A stretch of DNA of 59,274 bases, the filler included. It is 4 parts of 4 records of this genome, joined end to end, with 100 filler letters (N's around TTAATTAATTAA, not from the genome) between each part and the next. Parts side by side here need not be neighbours in the genome. Positions count along the whole stretch, not along the records: positions 23,738 to 53,158 come from SRR20825019_228; 3 more parts are not named here. One strand, given 5' to 3'. The first letter of the stretch is position 1. The number at the start of each line of letters is the position of its first letter. Shown here one piece after another: positions 42,242 to 52,076 of the stretch. The position numbers and the translations under genes are program-made. The notes beneath the pieces are model-generated. The model made no database searches, was not told the origin of the DNA, and saw only the letters and a program-made list of their open reading frames with translations.

Positions 42242-43336
42242 TTAATAGTTATTTAAAACTGAAATTATCTTCTCAACATTTGTATCACTAAGCACAGGGC
42301 TTATAGGAATACTCACAACTTCATCATGTATCTTGTCTGTAACGGGGAAACTTAAATGCGCGTATTCTACAAATGCTTCTTGCTTATGTGGTGGAATGGG
42401 GTAATGAATTAAAAAACCAACTTTATTTTCTTTTAAATATTCAATAAAATCGTTTCTGTTTTCAACACGAACTACAAAAAGATGAAAAATATGGTTTTCA
42501 CTTCCATCCCATTTCGGAAGTTTGATTTTTGTATTTTTTATTTCTAAAATATACTTTTTTGCAATTTTTCTTCGGCGGTTATTATCCGCATCTAAAGTTG
42601 GTAATTTACAATTTAAAAAAGCAGCTTGCACTTCATCCAACCTTGAGTTTATACCAACAAATTCATTTACATATTTTGAGGATGACCCATAATTTCGAAG
42701 CTTTTTAATAACAGCTGCCAATTCCCCATCATTTGTTGTTACAGCGCCACCATCGCCCAAAGCACCCAAATTTTTACTTGGGTAAAAACTAAATCCAGCA
42801 GCATTGGCAAGGTTTCCGGCCAATACACCCTTGGCATTTCTCGCACCATGTGCTTGTGCTGCATCTTCAATTACCAATAAATCTTTCGAAATTTTTAGGA
42901 TTTCATCCATAGGTGCCAACTGTCCGTACAGATGAACTGGCATAATGGCTTTTGTTTTTTCTGTAATGGAATTTTTAAGGGAAGTAATATCAAAATTATA
43001 AGTAGCAGAATCACTTTCCACCAAAACAGGAATCATTCCAGTTTGTTTTACTGCAATAATTGTTGCTATATACGTATTTGAAGCAACCAAAACTTCATCA
43101 CCATCTTTCAGTTTTCCAAGAATTTTATAGCCTTCCAAAATCAATCGCAAGGCATCAAGTCCGTTGGCAACACCCACACAATGTTTAGTAGCACAATATT
43201 CGGCAAATGATTTTTCAAATATTTGAACTTGATTGCCTAAAATGTAATATCCAGAATCTAAAAAAGCCTGAAAGCTTTTCTGAAAATCGGTTTCAAAACG
43301 TTTGTTTATTGCGTGAAGATCTAAAAATGGAATCAT
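42242..43336 (-). CDS. fdtB: DegT/DnrJ/EryC1/StrS PLP-dependent sugar aminotransferase (FdtB/QdtB-like)
   Basis: 'MIPFLDL', 'PVHLYGQ', 'IEDAAQAHG', '[15 protein letters not shown]' and '[10 protein letters not shown]'. Confidence 0.93.
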   Translation of the reverse strand: MIPFLDLHAINKRFETDFQKSFQAFLDSGYYILGNQVQIFEKSFAEYCATKHCVGVANGLDALRLILEGYKILGKLKDGDEVLVASNTYIATIIAVKQTGMIPVLVESDSATYNFDITSLKNSITEKTKAIMPVHLYGQLAPMDEILKISKDLLVIEDAAQAHGARNAKGVLAGNLANAAGFSFYPSKNLGALGDGGAVTTNDGELAAVIKKLRNYGSSSKYVNEFVGINSRLDEVQAAFLNCKLPTLDADNNRRRKIAKKYILEIKNTKIKLPKWDGSENHIFHLFVVRVENRNDFIEYLKENKVGFLIHYPIPPHKQEAFVEYAHLSFPVTDKIHDEVVSIPISPVLSDTNVEKIISVLNNY

Positions 43337-44316
43337 ATAAAAATGGATTCGAGTTTTTTATAATTTGAAGTTTCAACTTCGTAAAATTGTTGTGCAATGC
43401 TTCTAGCCCCAAAACATTCCTTCCAATACAACAAACCTTCGTTTACGTTTTTTCCTGCATTTTCATTGGAAGTTCCAAAGTCGAAATATCTTTTCTGTTT
43501 AAAACGATTGCATATTAAATATTCGAATAAAAAATCTAAAGTACCAAATTTTTGCTTGTCTTCATTTGCTGAAATATACTGTACATGCGCTACATTTTCG
43601 GTTTCAAAAATAGTTGCGCCACCCACAATTTTACCGTCATTAAATACATTAAACTGAATAATATGCTTCGGGAAATTTGATGCCAATTGCGTAATTTCAT
43701 CCTTAGAATGTACTGGCAATGCATCGTGACGTGAAGCTAAATTAGGAATTAAAATTTCATCCCAAAACAACTCAAAATCATGACCTTCAACAATTTTTAA
43801 ATCAAATTTTTGTGCTTTTTTTACTCCTTCTATACGATTTGAAGCAATTTTTATAGCATTTTGAGTATCAATAACACTTAGAATATCGGTTCTAATTAAT
43901 GTTGCATTTGCTATAAAAAGCAAGTAATCCATTTCATCTGAAGGAAGATTATGATAAATTTTTGGAGATAACTTTAGTTGAAGTTTTTCAATTCCTTCCG
44001 AAGAAAGAAAGCATAATATACTATTAAAAATAGCTGTAGCTTCCTTTAATTTTGTTTTTTTAGTAAGCACCAAGCCACCATACGTAAGGCCTTGATGAGA
44101 ATATAGTGTGTTTTTAGAAATATTGGCTGGTAGTAATCCTACAAGCTTTTCGTTTTTTAAAACTAGCAATGAATAATCCTCAAACCTATCAGAATGATAT
44201 TCCAAAAAATCCCTTTGGAATAAAAATGTGCTATTTTTGGCCAAGCGCATAAATTCATTCCACAAAGATTTATCTTGCGAAGTATATTTTTTTACTGTAA
44301 AAGTGTTGGTCGTCAA
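43333..44316 (-). CDS. GNAT/FemAB-like acyltransferase
   Basis: '[19 protein letters not shown]', 'SHQGLTYGG', 'FDFGTS' and 'KECFGAR'. Confidence 0.8.
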   Translation of the reverse strand: MTTNTFTVKKYTSQDKSLWNEFMRLAKNSTFLFQRDFLEYHSDRFEDYSLLVLKNEKLVGLLPANISKNTLYSHQGLTYGGLVLTKKTKLKEATAIFNSILCFLSSEGIEKLQLKLSPKIYHNLPSDEMDYLLFIANATLIRTDILSVIDTQNAIKIASNRIEGVKKAQKFDLKIVEGHDFELFWDEILIPNLASRHDALPVHSKDEITQLASNFPKHIIQFNVFNDGKIVGGATIFETENVAHVQYISANEDKQKFGTLDFLFEYLICNRFKQKRYFDFGTSNENAGKNVNEGLLYWKECFGARSIAQQFYEVETSNYKKLESIFI

Positions 44317-44415
44317 ATAATTTACTATTTAAAAAAGCCTTTTGATTATAACATGTAAAGCTAAAATTTATTTTTAGTTTTACCTTAAGAATGAAACCTA
44401 ATTAAAGCTATAAAA

Positions 44416-45705
44416 TTGTCCAAGTATTTTTTAAAAGATTTAAAATTTTCAAAACTGGATGTTTTCCAATTCGTAGTGTATTTGGGCTTGTTCTGTTATT
44501 TTATTTCACAACCCGCAATATATTCACCAGACACATACACCTATTGGCATTTAAATATTTATAGATATCCCGTTTATGGATTATTTTTAAGAACGATGGA
44601 TTTTCTCTTTGGCAGTTATTACAACCTATCAATCGTTGGTTTTCAATTGGTTTTTGGTTTTTTTGCTGTTTATGTTTTCCTAAGAAAAATAAAACCACTA
44701 CTCAATTTATCACTCATTCCCTTTTTAATATTGTTCGCGTTATTGGTTTTCCCTTTTTTTCCACCACTCTCTGTCGCCAATAATATTACTTCTGAAGGCC
44801 TATCGTACCCTCTTTATTTACTTGTAACTATTGCTTCCCTAAAATTACTTTTTGAAAATAAAACTACGGAGATAATACTCTTAACGATAGCATATGTTGC
44901 GCTTTGTTTAACGCGGGGACAGTTTATACTCTTTGCGCCAATGGTTGGTTTTCTGTTTGTTTTAAAGTATAAAAAAGAAGTTTTTAAAACTTCGAAATTA
45001 AAAATTTTAATCCTTCTAATTTTGCTTCCTTTTTTTGTTAGTTTTTTAGACAGCAGTTACCGAAAAATGGTACACGGTCATTATACTTCTACTCCATACA
45101 CTTTTATAAATGCGCTTACGTTACCGCTTTATATTTCGGATGAAAAAGACGTAAATCTTTTCTCTGAAAAAGAAGCCCAACAAATTTTTTCTGAAACATA
45201 CACTCGTATTGATAGTTTGGGATTATTAAGTCATAAAGTTGGAGGAACACTTCAACAACGCTATAAGGTCTTTCATGATAATTTTCCATATATCTGTAAC
45301 CAAACCTTTCAAATTAAAGGAGAAAATTATTATTTAAATCAAGGAAAACACACTTGGGAAAGCACCATTTTAACTGAAAAAACAGCTAAAAAGATGTTTC
45401 CAATACTATTTAAAGAACATTATAAAGAGTGGATTCAGCTATATTTCACTAGTATTTTTCATGGTTTTGGCTCCGTTATTCTGTTTGTATTTATGGTGCT
45501 TCTATTCATTTATAGCGGTATTAAGAGTTTAAAAAACTTTAATCTTTACAACGGTTTACTCTTTTTTTCATCCATACTTATACTTTCAAACGCATTTATT
45601 ACTGCCTTTGCAGTTCATACAATTATTCGTTATACCTTTTACAACCTCGCTTTTTGTTTTATCATTGTATTTTTGATAACTAGAAAATCCATTTCCAAAT
45701 TATGA
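44416..45705 (+). CDS. Polytopic membrane protein, GT-C-like
   Basis: About 10 TMs, first loop 'SPDTYTY...RYPVYGLFL', 'SEGL' motif and a large extracytoplasmic loop; overlaps the downstream GT2. Confidence 0.6.
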   Translation: MSKYFLKDLKFSKLDVFQFVVYLGLFCYFISQPAIYSPDTYTYWHLNIYRYPVYGLFLRTMDFLFGSYYNLSIVGFQLVFGFFAVYVFLRKIKPLLNLSLIPFLILFALLVFPFFPPLSVANNITSEGLSYPLYLLVTIASLKLLFENKTTEIILLTIAYVALCLTRGQFILFAPMVGFLFVLKYKKEVFKTSKLKILILLILLPFFVSFLDSSYRKMVHGHYTSTPYTFINALTLPLYISDEKDVNLFSEKEAQQIFSETYTRIDSLGLLSHKVGGTLQQRYKVFHDNFPYICNQTFQIKGENYYLNQGKHTWESTILTEKTAKKMFPILFKEHYKEWIQLYFTSIFHGFGSVILFVFMVLLFIYSGIKSLKNFNLYNGLLFFSSILILSNAFITAFAVHTIIRYTFYNLAFCFIIVFLITRKSISKL

Positions 45706-46847
45706 CCAAAGATTTATCTGTTGTAATGCCATGTCTCAATGAAGCTGAAACGCTTGCCGTTTGTATTAAAAAAGCACAGCACTTTTTTGAGCGTGAAAAA
45801 ATAAATGGGGAAGTGATTATCGCCGATAATGGCAGTACTGATGGTTCTCAGAAAATTGCTGAAGATCTAAATGCTACTGTTGTAAATGTTCCTCAGAAAG
45901 GCTACGGAAGTGCGTTACGTGGCGGAATAGAAGCTGCAAACGGCAAATATGTAATTATGGGCGACGCAGACGACAGCTATGATTTTAATAATTTAATGCC
46001 GTATATTTTAAAACTTCGCGAAGGATTTGATTTGGTAATGGGCAACCGTTTTAAAGGTGGAATAAAAAAAGGCGCCATGCCTTTTTTACATAAGTATTTA
46101 GGAAATCCAGTTCTCTCATTTATTGGAAGATTGTTCTTTAAAAGTAAAATTGGCGATTTTCATTGTGGCCTACGTGGTTTTAGCAAAGAAGCTTACACTA
46201 AAATGGAACTGAAAACCACAGGAATGGAATTTGCAAGTGAAATGATTGTAAAAGCGAGTCTAAAAAATCTAAAAATAGCGGAAGTTCCTACCATTCTTTC
46301 CCCAGATGGGCGCTCACGGCCACCACACTTAAACACTTGGCGCGATGGCTGGCGTCATTTACGCTTTTTAGTGCTTTACAGCCCAAGCTGGCTTTTTCTG
46401 ATTCCTGGCTTGTTATTAATGATTTTCGGAATTATTTCTTCTGCATTTCTATTAAATGGCCCCGTTAGTATTGGCACGGTAAATTTTGATGTACACACAC
46501 TCCTATTTAGTTCAGGGTTTCTGCTTACTGGATTTCAATTTATCTTATTTTATGGACTTACAAAAGTTTTTACTGTTGAAAATGAATTGCTTCCAAAATC
46601 AAAAAAATACGACCGTCTTTTTAAATTCATCAACTTAGAAAAAGGCTTAATTGTTGGTTTATTGCTCGTTATTGCAGGGATTGTTTTAAGCTTCACTGCT
46701 TATTCAAATTGGCAAGCAATTAGCTTTGGAAATATAGAAAATATGTCTTTTTTTAGAATGGTAATCCCTGCGGTTACGCTAATTTTATTAGGCGTTCAGG
46801 TAATTTTATTTAGCTTGTTTTTTAGTATTCTAGGACTTAAAAAATAA
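45702..46847 (+). CDS. GT2 polyprenol-phosphate sugar synthase (DPM1/GtrB-like) with C-terminal TMs
   Basis: 'SVVMPCLNEA', 'DNGSTDGS', 'GYGSAL', 'MGDADDSYD', 'GMEFASEM', 'TWRDGWRHL' and 4 C-terminal TMs. Confidence 0.9.
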   Translation: MTKDLSVVMPCLNEAETLAVCIKKAQHFFEREKINGEVIIADNGSTDGSQKIAEDLNATVVNVPQKGYGSALRGGIEAANGKYVIMGDADDSYDFNNLMPYILKLREGFDLVMGNRFKGGIKKGAMPFLHKYLGNPVLSFIGRLFFKSKIGDFHCGLRGFSKEAYTKMELKTTGMEFASEMIVKASLKNLKIAEVPTILSPDGRSRPPHLNTWRDGWRHLRFLVLYSPSWLFLIPGLLLMIFGIISSAFLLNGPVSIGTVNFDVHTLLFSSGFLLTGFQFILFYGLTKVFTVENELLPKSKKYDRLFKFINLEKGLIVGLLLVIAGIVLSFTAYSNWQAISFGNIENMSFFRMVIPAVTLILLGVQVILFSLFFSILGLKK

Positions 46848-46848
46848 T

Positions 46849-48342
46849 TTATTTTGCTTTTGTTGTTACCTCAATAATATTTGTGAAGGAATATTCAGGA
46901 GTTAATGCACTAGCTTCAAGAGAGTCAATATTTTTTAATTCACCCAAGATATTATTTTTATGAGAAGTTAAAATATAAACCTTTCCATAGGTTTTTAGTT
47001 TCGTTGAAATATTGCTCAACGTATCTATTTCTGTGAAAGGAATTTTATATTTTCTTAAATACAAATCTGTAGAAGGTTTATCGCGCTGGTGCAATTTAAC
47101 TACTGGATAATCTTTATAAACCTCTCCTAAAAGTTTCATAGCTTCATCTTGTTTATAAAAACTTCCTAAGTAAAAATTTCTTGACAATCCTTGTGGCTCC
47201 ACATTGGCTTCGACCATGCTTTTCGAAATTAAAGTATCGTTTTTATCAAATTCATTTATAAATACAAAAGCACAATAAAGAGAAACCAATATTTGTAAAA
47301 CTCGGGTTTGATATAATGCAAGGCTATCAATAAATTTTACTAGTACTATCGTAAAAACCATGCAAAATATAGGTGCCAGCGGAACAAAAACTCTTGGAAA
47401 AGGCCCCTTTTGATGTAAAAAAGAAAGGAAAAACGGTAAAAAACATAAAGCCGCTAACGACAAAAAATAATACTTTTCGTTAAAGCTGCTTTTCTTATAA
47501 AAAATATAAATTCCTGGTAGGAATAAGAATAGTAGAAAAAATCTATTCGAGAAGAAACCGACACTCGTAATCTTTAAAAGAAAAAAAGAAAAGAGAAAAG
47601 TCATTGGTTTACTATTGGAATATTTATTGAAAATTACATCTTCCAAAATGGGTAAATACAATAAAAAAGCAAGAACAACCCCTATTGAAATATAGATTAA
47701 GGGCTTCAAATAAAACTTTGAAATAGTTGCGCTTTTTTTAAAAAAATAAAACCAACTAGAAAAAAGAATCAACCAGAAAGCCACTAATGCATAGAGATTG
47801 GAAGGAATGGTATATAAGATCAACATACTTGAAATTAAAACCATAAACAGTGATAAAGTTTTTTTAGCACTTATATAATTCCACGAATAATACACCAACA
47901 TCACCAAAAACAAGGCACTCATATTATAGCCTCGTAGCTGTAGTGAAAAATTCATATAAGGAATCGTTGTAAAAAGTATGGCGTACAACAGAAAGCTGCT
48001 TTTATAGCCGAAAAATTGTTTTAAAATTCGAACCGAAAAAAAGGCAGTTAAAAGCGAAATCAATAATTGAAAAGAACGAAAAATATACACATGAGTTTCA
48101 ACAAAAAAAATATCCCGCAAGCCAAAAACTTTAGAAATAATCAGGCTCGTTAAATTATAAAAAATATGATTGTTGGGTGCTGGATAATAGAACATTGTGG
48201 TTGAAAAACCCTGAAGCGCAAACTCTTCTAATGAATAAACTTCATCATACCAAAGATCGTAATCAATATAATGAAAACACCAAAACACCAATGGAACAAG
48301 GCCCAATAACGTTAATATATAAATTATGAATTTTGTTTTCAT
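46849..48342 (-). CDS. GT-C superfamily membrane glycosyltransferase (ArnT/PMT-like)
   Basis: 'DLWYDE' in the first loop, 'PNNH', 'RGY' and many TMs. Confidence 0.75.
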   Translation of the reverse strand: MKTKFIIYILTLLGLVPLVFWCFHYIDYDLWYDEVYSLEEFALQGFSTTMFYYPAPNNHIFYNLTSLIISKVFGLRDIFFVETHVYIFRSFQLLISLLTAFFSVRILKQFFGYKSSFLLYAILFTTIPYMNFSLQLRGYNMSALFLVMLVYYSWNYISAKKTLSLFMVLISSMLILYTIPSNLYALVAFWLILFSSWFYFFKKSATISKFYLKPLIYISIGVVLAFLLYLPILEDVIFNKYSNSKPMTFLFSFFLLKITSVGFFSNRFFLLFLFLPGIYIFYKKSSFNEKYYFLSLAALCFLPFFLSFLHQKGPFPRVFVPLAPIFCMVFTIVLVKFIDSLALYQTRVLQILVSLYCAFVFINEFDKNDTLISKSMVEANVEPQGLSRNFYLGSFYKQDEAMKLLGEVYKDYPVVKLHQRDKPSTDLYLRKYKIPFTEIDTLSNISTKLKTYGKVYILTSHKNNILGELKNIDSLEASALTPEYSFTNIIEVTTKAK

Positions 48343-48457
48343 CAGAATATAGTTTCAAAAGTAGGTATTTTTAATACATTTAAAACCATTCTCGCAATAA
48401 CACCTATTTATTAATTTATAAAAAATAGATGCATATATTTGTCATCAAATCAATTTC

Positions 48458-49177
48458 ATGGAAAAAACGCTTTCTATAATTATTCCAGCCTATAACGAAG
48501 AGAATACCATTCTTGAAATTCTGGAGATACTTTATAATCTTAACTTGCCTAATAATCTTAGCAAAGAACTCGTGATTGTAGATGATTGCTCTAAGGATAA
48601 TACGCTACAAATTATAAAAACCTTTACTCAAAACCATCCAGATCTTCGCGTTCAATATTTTTCTTTTGAAATAAATCAAGGCAAGGGAGCAGCCTTAAAC
48701 AAAGGGATTGAGTTGGCTTCTGGAGATTATATTATTATTCAAGATGCAGATTTAGAATACGATCCAAACGAATATTCCTTATTATTAAAACCAATATTAG
48801 AGAACAAAGCAGATGTAGTATATGGCTCTAGGTTTATGGGTGGTAATCCACACCGTATTTTATTTTTTTGGCATACCATCGGCAATAAGTTTCTAACGTT
48901 TTTAAGCAATATGTTCACTAATTTGAACCTTACAGACATGGAAACCTGTTATAAACTTTTTAGAGCTGATATACTAAAAGGATTAACGCTAAAAGAAAAA
49001 AGGTTTGGATTTGAGCCAGAGGTAACGGCAAAAATTTCGCGTGTTAAAAAAATACGTATTTATGAAGTAGGAATTTCATATTACGGTCGTACTTACGAAG
49101 AAGGAAAAAAAATAAACTGGAAAGATGGCGTTTGGGCACTTTGGTGCATCTTCAAATACAATGTATTCGCAAAATAA
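48458..49177 (+). CDS. GT2 polyprenol-phosphate glycosyltransferase (DPM1-like, soluble)
   Basis: 'SIIIPAYNEE', 'NQGKGAA', 'QDADLEYDP', 'VYGSRF', 'DMETCYK', 'FGFEPE' and 'GKKINWKDG'. Confidence 0.92.
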   Translation: MEKTLSIIIPAYNEENTILEILEILYNLNLPNNLSKELVIVDDCSKDNTLQIIKTFTQNHPDLRVQYFSFEINQGKGAALNKGIELASGDYIIIQDADLEYDPNEYSLLLKPILENKADVVYGSRFMGGNPHRILFFWHTIGNKFLTFLSNMFTNLNLTDMETCYKLFRADILKGLTLKEKRFGFEPEVTAKISRVKKIRIYEVGISYYGRTYEEGKKINWKDGVWALWCIFKYNVFAK

Positions 49178-49186
49178 ATAGGATTG

Positions 49187-50692
49187 TTAATTGCTTTTTT
49201 GAGGTTCCATTTTCTCAAAAACATAATTACCCTCCCCATCAATATATTTATAAACTCCAGGAGTAGTACCTTCTGTTAAACAAATAAAACTCTCATCAGG
49301 TTGAAGGTTTTCAAGGTACTTCTCATCCTCAGATAAATAAGAAAATAAAATTCTAAAAATATTTACAGACGACTTAATTTTTGAATCGTAACTCGGAATG
49401 TCATTATTTGGCCAATGTATCGTTAAATTCGTGCTGAAAATAGTATTCTTTATGTTTTTATCTTCCGTTTTTCTGTCACCTTCTCTAGTGTGATTTAAAC
49501 CTACAAAACCCCCATGATCTGCCAAAATCATTATAAAAGCTTCTGGGTCATTTTTTAGTATTCGGTTTATAATCGCTGTCATTTCTGTATTAGCCTCTCC
49601 CATTCTTTCTATCCAAAGTTCTCTTTCTTTCGTAGCTCCAACTGAGCTTCCTGCTGAAGTATTAATGTGCGCTGGCTTTAATATTTGTATGAAAAAAAAC
49701 TTCGGTTTAGTAATCCCATCTGAAAGATACGCAGCTAATGGCTCCACAATTGGTTCGCTTTCACCCAACCCTTTGTTTAAATATGGCATAATTGAATAAT
49801 CTATACTGCAATGGTCATAACCCATTTTTGGCCTATTCTGAAGAAAATAATATGTTTCTGAAAGGAAATAAGTTTCGTAATTATTTCTCTTAAATGCATT
49901 TAGAACAGGATTGTCTGAAATGATTATATCTCTGGCATTTTCAACTTCCTGTTTTTGTAAGTTAAAATCATAATAATGGTGCTTCATCATAAAAGTAGCA
50001 CTGTTTGAAGCTAAAGTAGATTTGTAATTTGTATGAAACCCTGGATATGTTTTAAAATTATTTTCTTGAAGAAAACCCTCAAATTCACTGTTTTCAACAT
50101 TATAAAGTTCATTCTTTAAGGTTTCAAAACTTACATAACCATCTGGCTCTATAAAATATACATTGGGCTTCTTTTTAAAAACCACATTTTCAATATCGTC
50201 AGGTTGTTGCATCCAAGCATCTGAATACGTAATCTTATTGAATATTACTTGTGAAACAGTAAAAATGCCCATTAAAGCTAAAAGCAATTCAACAACAATA
50301 ACTTTTTTAAGATGCGAATGAAAAAACCTTGCGAATAAAACAGCTATCACAAAAATTCCCACTATCATTTTCCGTTCAATTGGCTCAAAAAGAAAGGTTT
50401 TCAGAAAAAATAAAAACACAAATACATTTAAAAAAGGCAGTACATATTTACTGTACTTTTCAAATATTTTTAATTTGGAAAGTTTATAAGCACTTAGAAA
50501 AGCCAGAATTGGTAAAAGCAAAAAAACACACACAAAATAAATTAAGTGTTGCCAAGATTTTACCATCTCAAAGTTTCTGGAATAATAAAATAAGACAGGA
50601 TAAAGCCCTGATGCAAGGGCTGTTAATACTGGATACGCCTTGTTATTATTCATAAAATTCGAAAAAAAACCTTTTTCTTTATTGGCCTTCAT
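49187..50692 (-). CDS. Membrane-anchored alkaline-phosphatase-superfamily protein (LtaS/NoeB-like phosphotransferase)
   Basis: About 5 N-terminal TMs, then 'KPNVYFIEPDGY', 'TNYKSTLAS', 'KPAH' and 'ILADHG'; no CxPxR sulfatase motif. Confidence 0.7.
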   Translation of the reverse strand: MKANKEKGFFSNFMNNNKAYPVLTALASGLYPVLFYYSRNFEMVKSWQHLIYFVCVFLLLPILAFLSAYKLSKLKIFEKYSKYVLPFLNVFVFLFFLKTFLFEPIERKMIVGIFVIAVLFARFFHSHLKKVIVVELLLALMGIFTVSQVIFNKITYSDAWMQQPDDIENVVFKKKPNVYFIEPDGYVSFETLKNELYNVENSEFEGFLQENNFKTYPGFHTNYKSTLASNSATFMMKHHYYDFNLQKQEVENARDIIISDNPVLNAFKRNNYETYFLSETYYFLQNRPKMGYDHCSIDYSIMPYLNKGLGESEPIVEPLAAYLSDGITKPKFFFIQILKPAHINTSAGSSVGATKERELWIERMGEANTEMTAIINRILKNDPEAFIMILADHGGFVGLNHTREGDRKTEDKNIKNTIFSTNLTIHWPNNDIPSYDSKIKSSVNIFRILFSYLSEDEKYLENLQPDESFICLTEGTTPGVYKYIDGEGNYVFEKMEPQKSN

Positions 50693-52076
50693 TACTTTTA
50701 TTTTTTAGAAGATAAAGCAAGCGTTTGGTTCCCTTTACGGTTTCCTTTTTTTCAATAGTGAAATAGTTAAGGTACCCTTTTTCAAACGCTTCTTCGTTGT
50801 AAAAATCAAAGTGATTTATAAACTCACGCTTACGAACCAGTAATGAGGTTACCCAAGAATCCTCACGTGTTGGAAATTCAATAATTAGGTTTTTAGAAAA
50901 TGAAGCGAAAAATTCAGCCGACTTTTCAAAAGGCACATTTCCAGAAAGTGTAATGTGATGAATCAACGCCAAAGCCATTGTTACATCTGGCGCATACTCT
51001 GCCAGACGCTTTATTAAAGAATTGCGTTCGGTATTGTTAAAACCAATACCTGGTGCGGGTTGCAGCACATCGCAAACAAAAGGAAGCATATTGGTTTCCT
51101 TATTTTTTTGAAGTTGCTTGTAATTAAAATCTACTGCGTTACTGTCAATATCGGTTACAATAATATCTGGAACACTATTAATAACTATTCGTGCAAAAGT
51201 ACCGTCGTTACCACCAACATCAATTAATTTTTGAGGTGCCAACGGTTTTATCCACGATTTTATCAGTGTTTTTTTGGCTTCAAAAGCAGCTTCATCATAG
51301 TTTGTTTTGCTGTAATAATCACCCCATTCGCTGCTTTCTTTGAGCGATAAATTTTTGATGTAGTCATAAAGACTTTCCAAAATATTTTCCTGTGCTTTTT
51401 TAGAAAGCCTTGTAATTTTAGTTTCAGCTTTATAATCTTCACTGTGTTTGCTTTCCATTTTTGCAAGCAGGTGGATGTTTGGATAAATTACCGAACTGAG
51501 CTTGGTACGTGTTGGTAATAATGAAGAAATTAATTTCACAGGAATTCCATCAATGTGCGTTTGCATCATTTTAAAAACTTCTGTTCCGTGGTATTTTGCA
51601 AGAACTAAAGGCCCCAAAAAGTGTGTAATGAATTGTTTGTATGCGCGCCAAGGAGTTCCTTCTTCATAAAAATCGAATGAAAGTGTGTCTATAAAAACAG
51701 GCTTTCCTTTATGAAAAGTAACGTTATAAGATGAAGCATCTTTCAAAATAAATCCTTTTGAAAGTGCGAATTTCTGAATTTTCAGCGTGTGAAGTGCTGC
51801 GTGTTTGTATTGTTCAAAACTCCATTCATACGGGTTTGTAATGAATGGGATTTTTTCAGGAGTAATAATAATTTCTTCCGAAGAAACTGAAGTCTCTTCA
51901 TGCGAAATTAATAACCCATTTGAAATTAATGTTTTGAAAAAGCCACTTTCTGTTAGTTTGTTGTACTGCGGAAAATAGATTGGATTAATTACCCTTCGCA
52001 GGGTTTTTCCATCATAAAACATGTATCCGGAAGGGTCGCGGAACGAAGCTTGATGTGCGTCAGTCTTTTTTGTCAT
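50679..52076 (-). CDS. NoeA-like protein: N-terminal kinase-like domain plus C-terminal class I SAM methyltransferase
   Basis: 'SFRDPSG', 'PYEWSF', 'LKDASSYNV...FIDTLSF'; C-terminal 'WGDYY', 'IDVGGNDG', 'TDID' and 'ALALIHH'. Confidence 0.75.
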   Translation of the reverse strand: MTKKTDAHQASFRDPSGYMFYDGKTLRRVINPIYFPQYNKLTESGFFKTLISNGLLISHEETSVSSEEIIITPEKIPFITNPYEWSFEQYKHAALHTLKIQKFALSKGFILKDASSYNVTFHKGKPVFIDTLSFDFYEEGTPWRAYKQFITHFLGPLVLAKYHGTEVFKMMQTHIDGIPVKLISSLLPTRTKLSSVIYPNIHLLAKMESKHSEDYKAETKITRLSKKAQENILESLYDYIKNLSLKESSEWGDYYSKTNYDEAAFEAKKTLIKSWIKPLAPQKLIDVGGNDGTFARIVINSVPDIIVTDIDSNAVDFNYKQLQKNKETNMLPFVCDVLQPAPGIGFNNTERNSLIKRLAEYAPDVTMALALIHHITLSGNVPFEKSAEFFASFSKNLIIEFPTREDSWVTSLLVRKREFINHFDFYNEEAFEKGYLNYFTIEKKETVKGTKRLLYLLKNKSNEGQ

